Shown: piece after piece, positions 1 through 8,950 of the stretch
Layout: each line of letters starts with the position of its first letter
Position numbering within the stretch: the stretch's first letter is position 1
Virus genome (UHGV): UHGV-0169311
Source: a virus
Reading direction: 5' to 3' (one strand)
Length of the DNA stretch: 45,203 nt
Notes under the pieces: model-generated
Told to the model about the DNA's origin: nothing
Database searches by the model: none
The model's input: the letters and a program-made list of their open reading frames with translations, nothing else
Position numbers and translations under genes: made by a program

Positions 1-49
1 CTTTGTGTACACTTTTGTGTACCCAAAAACAAAAATGTGTACCCATTCA

Positions 50-1243
50 ATGATCACCGACACAAAGCTCAGGAAGGCGCTCGGCAAGAAAAGAGATGAT
101 ATCGAGATTATTTCTGATTCGCACGGGCTCAACGCCAGAATCAGCCAGGCCGGAAAAATATCATTTTTCTATCGGTATCGCTGGGCCGGTAAAGCGGTAA
201 AACTCAATGTTGGTGATTATCCTGCAATGAGTATCACCCAGGCAAGAGAGCGTCGCCAACAATTCAGAAACTGGTTAACTGAGGGACTGGATCCGCGAGA
301 GCAGGTGAAGCTGGATAAGCAGACCCGACAGGAAGCGATGTCCGTTGCCGAAGCGTTCAATTACTGGATTGAAAGGCACTGTATCGCTAACGGGCTAGTT
401 AAAGTCGATTACTATCGCCAGGTGTTTGAGAAACATATCGCCGAACCGATGAAGAATGTCAAAGTCGATAACACAGCGAAAATGCACTGGATCAACGTCT
501 TCGATTCTATAGAAAGCAGGGTGATGGCTCATTACATGCTTTCGCTGTGCAAACGGGCGTTTAGGTTCTGCGTTAACAGAAGTGTGATCGCCTCAAACCC
601 ACTCGAGGGATTACTGCCATCTGATGTCGGGCAAAAGCCTAAAAAGAGAACTCGCAGGATGGACGATGACGATCTGCGCAAAATCTATCAGTGGTTGAAA
701 AGCCATATGTCGATAGAGTCCGTTTTCCTGGTGAAATTTATTATGCTTACCGGATGCCGTACGGCTGAGATTCGACTTAGTGAGAGATCATGGTTTCGAT
801 TGGATGATAATGAGTGGGTCGTGCCTGCGGGCAGTTATAAAACTCGGGTACATATTAGAAGGGGACTCTCAGACGCCGCCGTTAACCTGGTCAGAAATCA
901 CCTCAAGAAAATAAACACCAATCACCTGGTGACTTCACAACGTAAAATTGATGGCGGGATCAAAGATTCGCCCGTTCATTCACCTGTGGCATCCAATTAC
1001 GCCCGTTCTATTTGGAATGGAACAGGTATGGCAGAGTGGTCGCTTCATGATATGAGGCGGACGATAGCCACAAATCTCTCTGAGTTAGGTTGCCCGCCGC
1101 ACGTAATTGAAAAGCTGCTCGGGCATCAGATGGTGGGGGTTATGGCGCATTACAACCTTCATGACTATATCGATGATCAGAAACACTGGCTCCGCGTTTG
1201 GCAGAGCCATCTTGAAGAGATCATCGGAGAGCCCTTCAGTTAA
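50..1243 (+). CDS. int: Tyrosine integrase (P4-type phage integrase)
   Basis: 412-aa ORF (track 5..1243, GTG start). C-terminal catalytic pattern HDMRRT ... GHQ ... MAHY (R, HxxR, Y). Most likely start is the ATG at 50 (MITDTKL...); no clear RBS. Confidence 0.85.
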
Positions 1244-1482
1244 TTTATCTTCTTTTTATCCTCCCACTCTTTGATTGACTCAGAGCGCCAGCGGTTAGGG
1301 TTGCCGGGCCAGTCAGGGGGTGGGAACGGGCATACGAAGCCCCGAGGCATTGTGTCTGCACTTTGCCATGACCAAAGGGTTTTGCGTGAAATTTTGTAGC
1401 GACTGGTCAGGTCTGACGTTACCAAAATATCATCCATAGCTCTCTCCAGTTGCCCGTTCGGGCCATTCAAAATCTTTTTCAA
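1240..1482 (-). CDS. Excisionase-like DNA-binding protein (AlpA/Xis family)
   Basis: 80-aa ORF convergent with int, ends overlapping. Pattern [14 protein letters not shown] ... P ... [10 protein letters not shown] resembles AlpA/Xis HTH proteins (from memory). Confidence 0.5.
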
Positions 1483-1721
1483 CCAACCTGCCCGGGCAGG
1501 GAGCGGAGACGGCGCATGCCGGTCATCGCTGTGGCCACGTAGCTCGCCTTTCGGTTCACCACCTCCACCCAGACTTTCACGCCTTCAACCTTCACCGTAT
1601 AAGTCTCTTTCATCTTGCTTCGCCCATAGTCGCCATATGTTTGCAAGTGAGCTGCCAGCGCGATGTCGCATGCTTGGCGAGCTAAAGGTGATTGCTTACT
1701 TCCTCGATTGATCAGTCGCAT
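1479..1721 (-). CDS. Hypothetical protein
   Basis: 80-aa ORF, start overlaps the stop of the upstream gene in the leftward operon; no recognisable family. Confidence 0.4.
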   Translation of the reverse strand: MRLINRGSKQSPLARQACDIALAAHLQTYGDYGRSKMKETYTVKVEGVKVWVEVVNRKASYVATAMTGMRRLRSLPGQVG

Positions 1722-1759
1722 ATAATCTCCTTGAGGGAGGGTTACCCCTCCCGGTCTCG

Positions 1760-2878
1760 TCAGGCCACGTATTCCGGTTTCATATCCGCCAGGGTGATGC
1801 TGAATTGATCGTGCAGTTCATCGCCTAAGTGACGCTTTGAAGATGCAAGCATGCGCTCGGCTTCAGCGAACCGTTCGGCTGCATGCGGCTCGTCGGGCTG
1901 GGGCAGGGATTTAATAGCCTCCTCAACCTTGTTGCGTGCATCCACTAGGTAATAACGCTTTACGGCTTTGTTTTTCAGCTCGGTGAATAGTGCGGATCCC
2001 AGCGTAGCTTTCGCCGTTTCAATGTCGGCACGCAGCGATTTGGCGCTATCCACGTCCTGAGCAGATTCGATGCGTTCGCGGAAATCATCGGCAAGAGAGT
2101 CGACATTTACCGACGATTCCTGTGCGCTTTGCGTGGTTGTGACGGTGTCACCTGAGATATCAGCCAGGCTAACGCGTTGCGGCGTTGGGTTGATCTCTTT
2201 TTCTGTGCGCTGTTCAATCTCATCAGGGGTGTACACACCAAGAACAACTGCAGGGCAATACAGGCGCGCCCAGTATTTGAGTGCCAGATAAGCGATCTGC
2301 TGTTTCGGGTTTGATACCCAAAGTGGAGAATTACGTGTGATTACGCTGGAGAGGAAAACAGGCTCTCCCCAGGTGATATCACTTTCACCGCGAATAACGG
2401 CACCTACCCGTACCGACAGTCCTTGTTCATCAGCACTTTCCCAACCGCGTACCATTTCTTTCTTGTCGTACGTCCCGCCACCTTTCGCAGGCTTTTTAAC
2501 GGTTATCTCGCGGCTGCTGGCACATTTCGACCAGTCGCCCTCGTACTCATAGTGAAAGCGGCCAACGATGGCGTTTGAGCTGGAGATCACCGCATTAACC
2601 AGTTGCGCTTCGTATCCCAGGACACCGTTAACCAGGTGCGTCTTTTGCGCCACGGCGTAAGGGTTCATACCCCACTGCATCGCCTGCATGATGATGGCCA
2701 TGCAGTCTGCCGGATTGCCGCGGAGGTGCTCAGGCACCGTTACGGCTGCCTGTGCCATCAACCCGGCGACAGACTGAAGCTGGGTTAAAGCCTGCACGTT
2801 GAAAATGGCATTGCTGGCTGAGATCGTGTTTGGAGTCTGCTGTTCAGCGGTTACGATATTCGTGTTTTCCATCATCAT
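1760..2878 (-). CDS. bet: Single-strand annealing protein, Bet/Red-beta-like (RecT superfamily)
   Basis: 372-aa ORF directly downstream of the exonuclease gene. Segment CMAIIMQAMQWGMNPY resembles the lambda Bet core (ANQYGLNPW) and the C-terminal part resembles the Bet C-terminus (from memory). Confidence 0.7.
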   Translation of the reverse strand: MMMENTNIVTAEQQTPNTISASNAIFNVQALTQLQSVAGLMAQAAVTVPEHLRGNPADCMAIIMQAMQWGMNPYAVAQKTHLVNGVLGYEAQLVNAVISSSNAIVGRFHYEYEGDWSKCASSREITVKKPAKGGGTYDKKEMVRGWESADEQGLSVRVGAVIRGESDITWGEPVFLSSVITRNSPLWVSNPKQQIAYLALKYWARLYCPAVVLGVYTPDEIEQRTEKEINPTPQRVSLADISGDTVTTTQSAQESSVNVDSLADDFRERIESAQDVDSAKSLRADIETAKATLGSALFTELKNKAVKRYYLVDARNKVEEAIKSLPQPDEPHAAERFAEAERMLASSKRHLGDELHDQFSITLADMKPEYVA

Positions 2879-2883
2879 TCCCC

Positions 2884-5793
2884 TTATGCCTGAGTACGCA
2901 GCGCTTCAAGGCGGCGCAGGTCGAAGTCGTTCAGTTCGTCGGTGTAGTCAGCAGTGATTGGCGCTGGCCATTCACCTGTGTCGAATCCGGTTGCGATATT
3001 GCGCATCGCTTTGCGGTACTCGAACATACCCAGCTCCAGTAGTTCAGCGGATGCCTCGATGATGGCGATCCAGTGGTAGTTCTCGTCTTTGTTGACGAAA
3101 ATCCAGAAGAACTGATCCAGCGCTGCGGTTTCGCAGTACATAGCCGCGCTCAGGTGATAATCACGTTCAATAATTTCCCGGTGTAGCCTGGCGCGCAGGC
3201 TTTCCTGCTTAACATTCCACATGCTGATGGTTTTCAGGTCTGCACCTATACGCACGCCATCCAGGTCGATCTCAAGGTCAGGGCGCACACGAACTTCCAA
3301 GCCCGTCTCCTCGTCAAAACCAAAGTAGCTCACCTCAACGGCTCGGCTAGGGTGGGTCAGCAGCATGCCGGCGGTCGGGTGTGCCAGAAGCGCTTTTTGA
3401 ATATTCAGCGCGGTGCTCAGCTGCTGGCGGGTGACCAGCACTTTTCCTTCCGGGTTATCGCGCCAGGCATCCAGCAGTTCGTCGGCAAATACGGCATCTG
3501 GTTTGACTGCCTTCACGGCCTGGATCATGTCTGCTTTGGTACCGGACACTTTCAGTGGTGCCGGTTTCTGTGCTTCCTGAGCCACAAGGTCAGGGTTGAT
3601 GATTGCCAACTGCTCCAGCAGCGCGTCACGGCTGCCGCTGGTTTTAACCGGCGGCGGCAGGGTGGCGTTGTACTCTTTAATGCATGCCTTCATTGCCGTC
3701 GCCGTCTGCTTCTGGTCACCATCAATACGCTGGAAGTCAGCTGGCAGCGCCATATAGTTCTGTGCCGTTTCTTCCAGGTTAGCGCCAAGCGGAACCTGCG
3801 GCGGCAGGGTGGCGTTGTACTCTTCCAGTAACACCTTGATGTCGTCGGCAGACAGCAGCGCCGGCAGGCTGGCATTGTGCTCATCGATAAAGGCGCGCAG
3901 GGTCGCGGCCGTTGTGAATGCGCCTTCAGGGATCACCGGTTCAACGCTGAATTCTGCGTCCAGTAGTTCAGGCTGCAACGCCAGCGCATGCACCAAGTTG
4001 CCCATGTCCAGCACCGCTGAGCGCTCTTTGACGATGGTTTTCTCTACGTGGCGCGCATTGAAGTACATCAGCGAAACGCGCGCATCTTTCACCTGGGTTG
4101 AGCTGATGCCGTTGGCGGCGTGGCAAACCTCGTTTGGCAGCCCTTCATAGCGGCCTGGCTCGAAATAAGCGGGATAAACAACAGCTGGTTCGTCAGATTG
4201 CGCTTCTGGCTCGGTTTGTGCTGCAACTGGTTCGGTTTGGCTTACAGAATCGCTATTTTTGGCGACAGAATCCGTATTCTGGTCTACATCGTCCTTCTGG
4301 CTGGTATCTGACTCTTCACCAGACTCCAGACTGCTTTCGCCTGGCTGTACTTCATCACCAGCTTGTTTTTCATCACTGACAGTTTCTTGAACCTGCACAT
4401 TGCTGGTGGTCTCCGTAGCCTTTTTCGTGCCATGAGTTGCTGAGTTCTGCAGCAAAGCCGTAACGTCGAATATTCCGTTGCCGACATTTTTAACCAGTTC
4501 TTGTTCGACTTTCTGCGGTTGTGCTGCCGCTTCCTCTGCGCGGCGGCGTGCTCCTTCTTCACGCACGCGTTGCAGGTTCTCTTCGTGAGTGCAGAAGGAT
4601 TTGCGCGGAGACTCCTTACCTTCAGGTTGGGGAATTTCCTGTGCTGCGGGTTCAGCCTCATGCAACGGCAATAACTCGACCGCGGAATTGAACGCGGCTG
4701 TCATGGTCTGGTTAACAAATTCCAGGTGAGCGACAGGAGTTAAATGAATATTTTCCGGTGCGATACGTACCAGGTTAAAAATAGCCGTGCGGTTAACACC
4801 CAGAACGCCTGGCTGATTGCGCAGGATGTTGCTCCATGATTTCCATGGTTCTTCTTTTTTGGTCACGATTTCTTTAGCGCGACGAAGAATGCTGCCCGGG
4901 ATCTCGAAGTGGTTGAAGTCCATAGGCAGAAGGGCACACGCAATCTCTAAATCGAGAGTGTCCAGTGTGTGGTGTGCGTCAGGTCCACGGTCAGTGACGT
5001 AACCGCCGTCGGCATTAGTGCCGGAATCAGTACGCTGCACACTACTGATGTGATTACCGGCAGCCCATTCACGCGCCAGGATGCCACGGTCAATGTAATC
5101 AGTCGCCGCCCACATTCTGGTGAAACGGAGTACCAGCGCGAGTTCGTGACGCTTGTCCTGGCTGAACACTTTGCGAATGGCATCGGTGTAGCGCCACAGG
5201 TCTTTGGTGTCGTAACCCTTCACTTCCGGGCAGTTCTCAGCAGCTAACAGCAAGTTCTGGACGTAACTGTTATCAGTGTCCATCTCCAGCGCGCCGATAG
5301 CTTCGTACTCTTCGTGGGTTACGTGGTGGCGCAGTTCGTCGGCGGTGAACTGGGAAAGCAGTTGCTTACGAAACGGCATCTGCACTACCGGGTAGAGGGT
5401 TGAGTCGTCGTCGTGTTCGTCCAGCGTGATGCCAGCGGTTTCTGGCAGCGTTGACTCAGTAGTTATGTGACTATCAACGGTCTGAGCCGTTTTCTCGTCA
5501 GAGTTTTCAGCTGTGACTTTTGGCAGCCAGGTGCGGTCATCGTTCTGCAGTTCGTAGCGTTCGCACCAGGTGTAATCCACTGCGCCTTCTTCCGGCAGGT
5601 CGTCATATACCGGGAAATCGGTGCGGATTGGTTTGGCATAATCTTTACCGCGGCCAGTTTCTTCAATTCCGGCTTCTTCCAGTGCCACATCGAGTTGGAG
5701 ATTGGCGCGCGCTACACTTTTCGCAGTGAACCAAATCACTGCATCTTTCTTGCCAGACTTCTGACTGGCTTTTATCAGATGGAAAAATTCCAT
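2884..5793 (-). CDS. recE: RecE-like exonuclease (exonuclease VIII family) with long N-terminal region
   Basis: ORF track 2884..5898 (GTG). Preferred start is the ATG at 5793 (MEFFHLIK...) preceded by AAGAGGA. C-terminus has a PD-(D/E)xK-like pattern (RPDLEIDLDGVRIGADLKT). Synteny exonuclease then annealase. Confidence 0.55.
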   Translation of the reverse strand: MEFFHLIKASQKSGKKDAVIWFTAKSVARANLQLDVALEEAGIEETGRGKDYAKPIRTDFPVYDDLPEEGAVDYTWCERYELQNDDRTWLPKVTAENSDEKTAQTVDSHITTESTLPETAGITLDEHDDDSTLYPVVQMPFRKQLLSQFTADELRHHVTHEEYEAIGALEMDTDNSYVQNLLLAAENCPEVKGYDTKDLWRYTDAIRKVFSQDKRHELALVLRFTRMWAATDYIDRGILAREWAAGNHISSVQRTDSGTNADGGYVTDRGPDAHHTLDTLDLEIACALLPMDFNHFEIPGSILRRAKEIVTKKEEPWKSWSNILRNQPGVLGVNRTAIFNLVRIAPENIHLTPVAHLEFVNQTMTAAFNSAVELLPLHEAEPAAQEIPQPEGKESPRKSFCTHEENLQRVREEGARRRAEEAAAQPQKVEQELVKNVGNGIFDVTALLQNSATHGTKKATETTSNVQVQETVSDEKQAGDEVQPGESSLESGEESDTSQKDDVDQNTDSVAKNSDSVSQTEPVAAQTEPEAQSDEPAVVYPAYFEPGRYEGLPNEVCHAANGISSTQVKDARVSLMYFNARHVEKTIVKERSAVLDMGNLVHALALQPELLDAEFSVEPVIPEGAFTTAATLRAFIDEHNASLPALLSADDIKVLLEEYNATLPPQVPLGANLEETAQNYMALPADFQRIDGDQKQTATAMKACIKEYNATLPPPVKTSGSRDALLEQLAIINPDLVAQEAQKPAPLKVSGTKADMIQAVKAVKPDAVFADELLDAWRDNPEGKVLVTRQQLSTALNIQKALLAHPTAGMLLTHPSRAVEVSYFGFDEETGLEVRVRPDLEIDLDGVRIGADLKTISMWNVKQESLRARLHREIIERDYHLSAAMYCETAALDQFFWIFVNKDENYHWIAIIEASAELLELGMFEYRKAMRNIATGFDTGEWPAPITADYTDELNDFDLRRLEALRTQA
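3651..3824. repeat. 27-bp perfect direct repeat, two copies (3651..3677 and 3798..3824) inside the recE-like ORF
   Basis: gcggcggcagggtggcgttgtactctt occurs twice 147 bp apart (in frame), giving a repeated EYNATLPP block in the protein. Confidence 0.85.
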
Positions 5794-5931
5794 GTGAGAT
5801 CCTCTTTTTTGAGTGTTAGAATCCCCGGGCCAGAGATAGCGCCCATTGGATGTTTTTTGGTTTGGTATAAATTCCGGTGTAACTTTGGTCGGTGGCACCG
5901 GACGTGAATCCCGCCTTGCGCGGGGTTTTCG

Positions 5932-6093
5932 TTATGCTTCGTGGGCCATCTGGTCGAACGAAGCGCAACGTACTGAACAGTAATCACGTTGCTCGCGTTT
6001 CAACTGCGTGCCGTGGATAAAGAGCAGTTCGTTTTTAACTTCCTTCCCTTGCTTGATCGGCTTGCGGCAGTACGCGCATTTTTTCTCCTGCAT
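5932..6093 (-). CDS. Small Cys-rich protein (53 aa), not in the ORF track
   Basis: ATG preceded by GGAG at 8-nt spacing. Translation MQEKKCAYCRKPIKQGKEVKNELLFIHGTQLKREQRDYCSVRCASFDQMAHEA has CxxC ... CxxxC, zinc-ribbon-like. Sits between two leftward genes. Confidence 0.35.
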   Translation of the reverse strand: MQEKKCAYCRKPIKQGKEVKNELLFIHGTQLKREQRDYCSVRCASFDQMAHEA

Positions 6094-6104
6094 AACTCAC
6101 TCCG

Positions 6105-6311
6105 TTAATGGCTAAGGCCATGTCCTAAACCGTTTAGATAAACCTCAACCAGCAAATCTTTGGTGTAGGTACGTTCGATGCCACGGTGAAGATACAGGCG
6201 ACCGCGTGCGTTAGCAGATGCGGTCCAGGTTGAGTCTTTGTGTTTTACAAGCATCCCCGGCTGAACTGCGCCGCGGTTTACTGTCTGTGTACCGTAGTGC
6301 TGATGAACCAT
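6105..6311 (-). CDS. Hypothetical protein (69 aa from ATG; ORF extends to 6470 from a GTG)
   Basis: In-frame ATG at 6311 preceded by GGAG (ctggagtacatcATG); the longer GTG-initiated form has no RBS. Confidence 0.4.
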   Translation of the reverse strand: MVHQHYGTQTVNRGAVQPGMLVKHKDSTWTASANARGRLYLHRGIERTYTKDLLVEVYLNGLGHGLSH

Positions 6312-6490
6312 GATGTACTCCAGTTTTTCTGAGTGAACTTCGCTGGTGGTGCCGTGGTGCTGATCTTCACAGTTGAGCGTTTTAACTCTGCAGTTCACCA
6401 CCGCGAAACCCACTCTTATGTGCCTGTCTTTTATCCACTTCAGGCTCGGTGGTATGCTGGTAGTTCTCACACAGCCAGCAAGGAATAACT

Positions 6491-6784
6491 ATGAAATCAG
6501 TAACTAAGCCATGCCCTATTTGTGGTGAAGATGCTTTGTCTTTTAACCAGACAAATCAGTTGGTTAACATCAAAGTAAAACCACCAACTATTCGTGAAGT
6601 TCCATCAGTGGTTTACGTTTGCGATACTCACGGATGGTTTTCACTTTCAGAACAGATAAACAGACTCGTCACATCTAATAACGACCCTGCGGCTAAGCAA
6701 AAACTGGCTGTTATTGTCAAAGAGCGATATGTGCCGGAACAGGATCAGCCGTTAGCCCTGAAACCTATTGAGTCGCTCGCATAA
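6491..6784 (+). CDS. Hypothetical zinc-ribbon protein
   Basis: 97-aa ORF with AAGGA RBS; CPICGE ... YVCDTHGW (CxxC ... CxxH). Rightward gene embedded in the leftward early region. Confidence 0.5.
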   Translation: MKSVTKPCPICGEDALSFNQTNQLVNIKVKPPTIREVPSVVYVCDTHGWFSLSEQINRLVTSNNDPAAKQKLAVIVKERYVPEQDQPLALKPIESLA

Positions 6785-7034
6785 GGTCTTTTCGGCTCTC
6801 GCTGCGATATCCCAGGCGGTACATTTTCACGTAGGCTTTGCCGCGAGGAATGCCGCCTGTTTTGTTGAATCTCTGCTGGGCGCGGCGATGGTGTTTTGCT
6901 TCAGGGCTGTTTGAACCTTTCCCGCCATTCGATCGAGAACTTGGGAGTTGCATTGGCTTTTGGCGTGAATAGAATTTACGTGCCCAGCATGCTCCAAAGC
7001 CGATCATGCCTGTTTTCTTCGTATTACCTTTCAT
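6765..7034 (-). CDS. Hypothetical basic protein
   Basis: Internal ATG at 7034 preceded by GAGGGG; Lys/Arg-rich 89-aa product; overlaps the 3' end of the convergent 6491..6784 gene by 20 nt. Confidence 0.3.
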   Translation of the reverse strand: MKGNTKKTGMIGFGACWARKFYSRQKPMQLPSSRSNGGKGSNSPEAKHHRRAQQRFNKTGGIPRGKAYVKMYRLGYRSESRKDLMRATQ

Positions 7035-7329
7035 CTCAATCCCCTCGTTTGCCCTTGTCGCCAGGCTGGCGGAACGTTTCAAACCTACTGCGCGTTAATC
7101 TCACCACCTCATTCCGGTCTTCGTATGCCCCGGACGGCTTCTTCGTGGGCGTCCTGCCTAGGTGGTTGTGTTGATGGAGTAAGTAAAACACCGCTTTACC
7201 ATTAAGTCAAGTAATGCAGATTAAAAAGGTAAAGCATAGCTGTATGTTGGGCGAAATTTATCCAGATTAGAGATGATTGCATCAACTAAAAGTGTGTATG
7301 ATGAAAAAAAACATCATTGAGGGTGGGAT

Positions 7330-7524
7330 ATGGAAAAGTTCTACGTGGGTTACAACGATGTATGTCAGGCGGTAGGTAGAGCGACGCTGAATCTGATATC
7401 ACATGGAGACGCGCCCACTACTGAGGCGATCATTTCAATGCTGGAGTCGCTGGGGGATATTGAGCAGAACGATTTTTGGCGACAGGTGTTCAGGTTTGCT
7501 GCTGAGGAAGTGCGAAAAGGGTAG
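7330..7524 (+). CDS. Hypothetical protein
   Basis: 64-aa ORF with RBS GAGGGTGGG before the ATG, AT-rich upstream region, followed by a GC hairpin. Confidence 0.45.
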   Translation: MEKFYVGYNDVCQAVGRATLNLISHGDAPTTEAIISMLESLGDIEQNDFWRQVFRFAAEEVRKG

Positions 7525-7529
7525 GCAAA

Positions 7530-7560
7530 AGAAACCCCGGCGCGGTGGCCGGGTTGGAGA
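7530..7560. terminator. Bidirectional hairpin between convergent genes (stem CCCGGC / GCCGGG, 7536..7553)
   Basis: 6-bp GC stem with 6-nt loop; on the minus strand it is followed by GTTTCTTTTG, on the plus strand by TTGGAGATTATTTT. Confidence 0.45.
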
Positions 7561-7986
7561 TTATTTTCTAGATGATGTTGGGGACCAAGGTAACGTTATA
7601 GTATCTAACACTGTGTTTTTGAACATATTTTCAAAAACTGTTTTTGTACATACATATACATAATTTTCAAAAAACCAAGCATTTTCATTATAAAAATCCT
7701 CAGTTACTTCTTCATCGAGGTCACACTCAAATGTTAGTGTCAAGGTAGCCTCTGCCTTGAACAATACATCCTCACCATCATCAAAATCTTTTTTATCGCG
7801 AGGGAAACCAGTTATCGATGGCTTAACTTCAATAAAGAGCCAATTTCCATCTTCATCTTTTTGAGGAACAACGTGATGCTCAGAAAATTTTAAGCTATAT
7901 TTTCCGCCTTCAGAATTATCACTGTCGTCGATAAAAAGGGAAGAACCCTCGAGATCAAATCCCTTAAAGCGAATTTTATCAAGCAT
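7561..7986 (-). CDS. Hypothetical acidic protein, translationally coupled to hicB
   Basis: ATG at 7986 overlaps the hicB TGA (TGATG). 141-aa Asp/Glu-rich product; AT-rich DNA. Confidence 0.5.
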   Translation of the reverse strand: MLDKIRFKGFDLEGSSLFIDDSDNSEGGKYSLKFSEHHVVPQKDEDGNWLFIEVKPSITGFPRDKKDFDDGEDVLFKAEATLTLTFECDLDEEVTEDFYNENAWFFENYVYVCTKTVFENMFKNTVLDTITLPWSPTSSRK

Positions 7987-8459
7987 CAATGTGGCACTCC
8001 GTTGTCTACTGAAACTTCCCAATAGGTCTCTTCTGTACGTCTACGGGATGAGAAGAAAGTAACTTCTCTAACATCCCTCGGTTTTTCAAAGTGGTAGTGA
8101 ACCTCTTTTTTCCCATTAACTGACTCACTGACAGCCTGTTTTACATAATCGTTTAAAGTCATATTCTTAGCTTTAGCAGCTAAATATGCTTTTTTATGCA
8201 GGGATTCACCTATCCGGATGTTAAACGAACCACTCATTGTCTTATCTGGAGATTTTCCTATCTCTTCACAAGTGGAGAGGTAATCGTCCACGGCCTCCTC
8301 AAAGGCTGCACGGAGTTCTGCAACCGTTGCACCCTCATAAGTGACGAGATCATTTATACATTCGAGTTTTCCATGCATCACCCCATCTTCAAATGAAATG
8401 CTGGAGCTACCATAGTAACCTTTGTATTTCATCAAGTTATTCATGATCATCAATCTCAT
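7986..8459 (-). CDS. hicB: HicB-family antitoxin with C-terminal extension
   Basis: MKYKGYYG ... NDLVTYEGATVAELRAAFEEAVDDYL ... SGSFNIRIGESLHKKAYLAAKAKNMTLNDYVKQAV matches the HicB pattern (RNase H-like fold plus RHH) from memory; about 45 extra residues follow. Start ambiguous (ATGs at 8459, 8450, 8444). Confidence 0.75.
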   Translation of the reverse strand: MRLMIMNNLMKYKGYYGSSSISFEDGVMHGKLECINDLVTYEGATVAELRAAFEEAVDDYLSTCEEIGKSPDKTMSGSFNIRIGESLHKKAYLAAKAKNMTLNDYVKQAVSESVNGKKEVHYHFEKPRDVREVTFFSSRRRTEETYWEVSVDNGVPH

Positions 8460-8691
8460 CTAACAGCTGTTTAACTTCTTCCAAGACGTACCTTTTGAGG
8501 GTGTTTTCAGGATGAGGCTCATGAAAAATGACCAATCTATCAACACGTTGGTTGTAAAATTTACGGCCAGAACCTCGTTTAGCATTCAAAAGCTTGAAGC
8601 CATACTGGTTCATGAGAGTAACGAACTCATCCCAAGTAAAATTTTTGGGTAAGCCGTCTAACTTTGACTTTAGCTTTTCCTTTCTTCCCAC
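8437..8691 (-). CDS. hicA: HicA-family toxin (mRNA interferase)
   Basis: 84-aa ORF with GFKLLNAKRGSGRKFYNQ ... LVIFHEPHP ... LKRYVLEEVKQLL, the HicA/YcfA pattern (from memory); directly upstream of and overlapping hicB. Confidence 0.7.
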   Translation of the reverse strand: MGRKEKLKSKLDGLPKNFTWDEFVTLMNQYGFKLLNAKRGSGRKFYNQRVDRLVIFHEPHPENTLKRYVLEEVKQLLDEIDDHE

Positions 8692-8718
8692 GAAGGATAC
8701 ATCCTCTGTTAAAGGTAG

Positions 8719-8739
8719 TGCAACTGAAATCTAGTTGCA
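8719..8739. promoter_or_regulatory. Inverted repeat TGCAACT-N7-AGTTGCA upstream of hicA
   Basis: Perfect 7-bp arms, 28-48 bp upstream of the hicA start on the minus strand; candidate autoregulatory operator. Confidence 0.3.
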
Positions 8740-8851
8740 AGCTATGCTATCTATAGACAAAATGTTTCATTGTTATATCAGAAGATACCCGATCTGTTTC
8801 ACCTTCAACTACTATAATTTGTTATAAGCTATCAACCGGTGGAACTGCGAA

Positions 8852-8950
8852 TTAGCCGCTGGGTGTTGCGTATCCATCGATGATAAACCATGCCATAAAC
8901 CCCATAGCTACGATGAACACCAAGATCGGAAACACTATACCAATTCTCAT
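8852..8950 (-). CDS. Small hydrophobic peptide (32 aa), not in the ORF track
   Basis: ATG preceded by AGGGA; MRIGIVFPILVFIVAMGFMAWFIIDGYATPSG is a single predicted transmembrane helix; between the repressor paralogs and hicA. Confidence 0.3.
   Translation of the reverse strand: MRIGIVFPILVFIVAMGFMAWFIIDGYATPSG

Noticed and set aside
1-49. Attachment site (attL) or tRNA integration target at the left edge.
   Set aside because: Only 49 bp lie upstream of the integrase start and there is no partner copy in the window to define a direct repeat. The right end of the prophage is beyond the invertase gene.
3352-3831. Many ORFs in the track lie antisense to or out of frame within confidently assigned genes (e.g. 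2070..2291, 3352..3831, 11631..12128, 11897..12349, 22516..22953, 33271..33741, 38166..38600, 39251..39859).
   Set aside because: They overlap long genes with clear homology, have no RBS, and their odd compositions (Arg/Cys/Ser-rich) are typical of shadow ORFs in GC-rich coding DNA.
5909-5925. Hairpin CCCGC-CTTGC-GCGGG followed by GTTTTCGTT on the plus strand.
   Set aside because: The U-tract is on the plus strand but all nearby genes run on the minus strand, where the A-tract precedes the stem. Unlikely to terminate the leftward operon.
6765-7082. N-like antiterminator assignment for the basic ORF at 6765..7034/7082.
   Set aside because: It is basic, but there is no recognisable arginine-rich N-terminal motif and no nut-like boxA/boxB. 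Left as a hypothetical protein.
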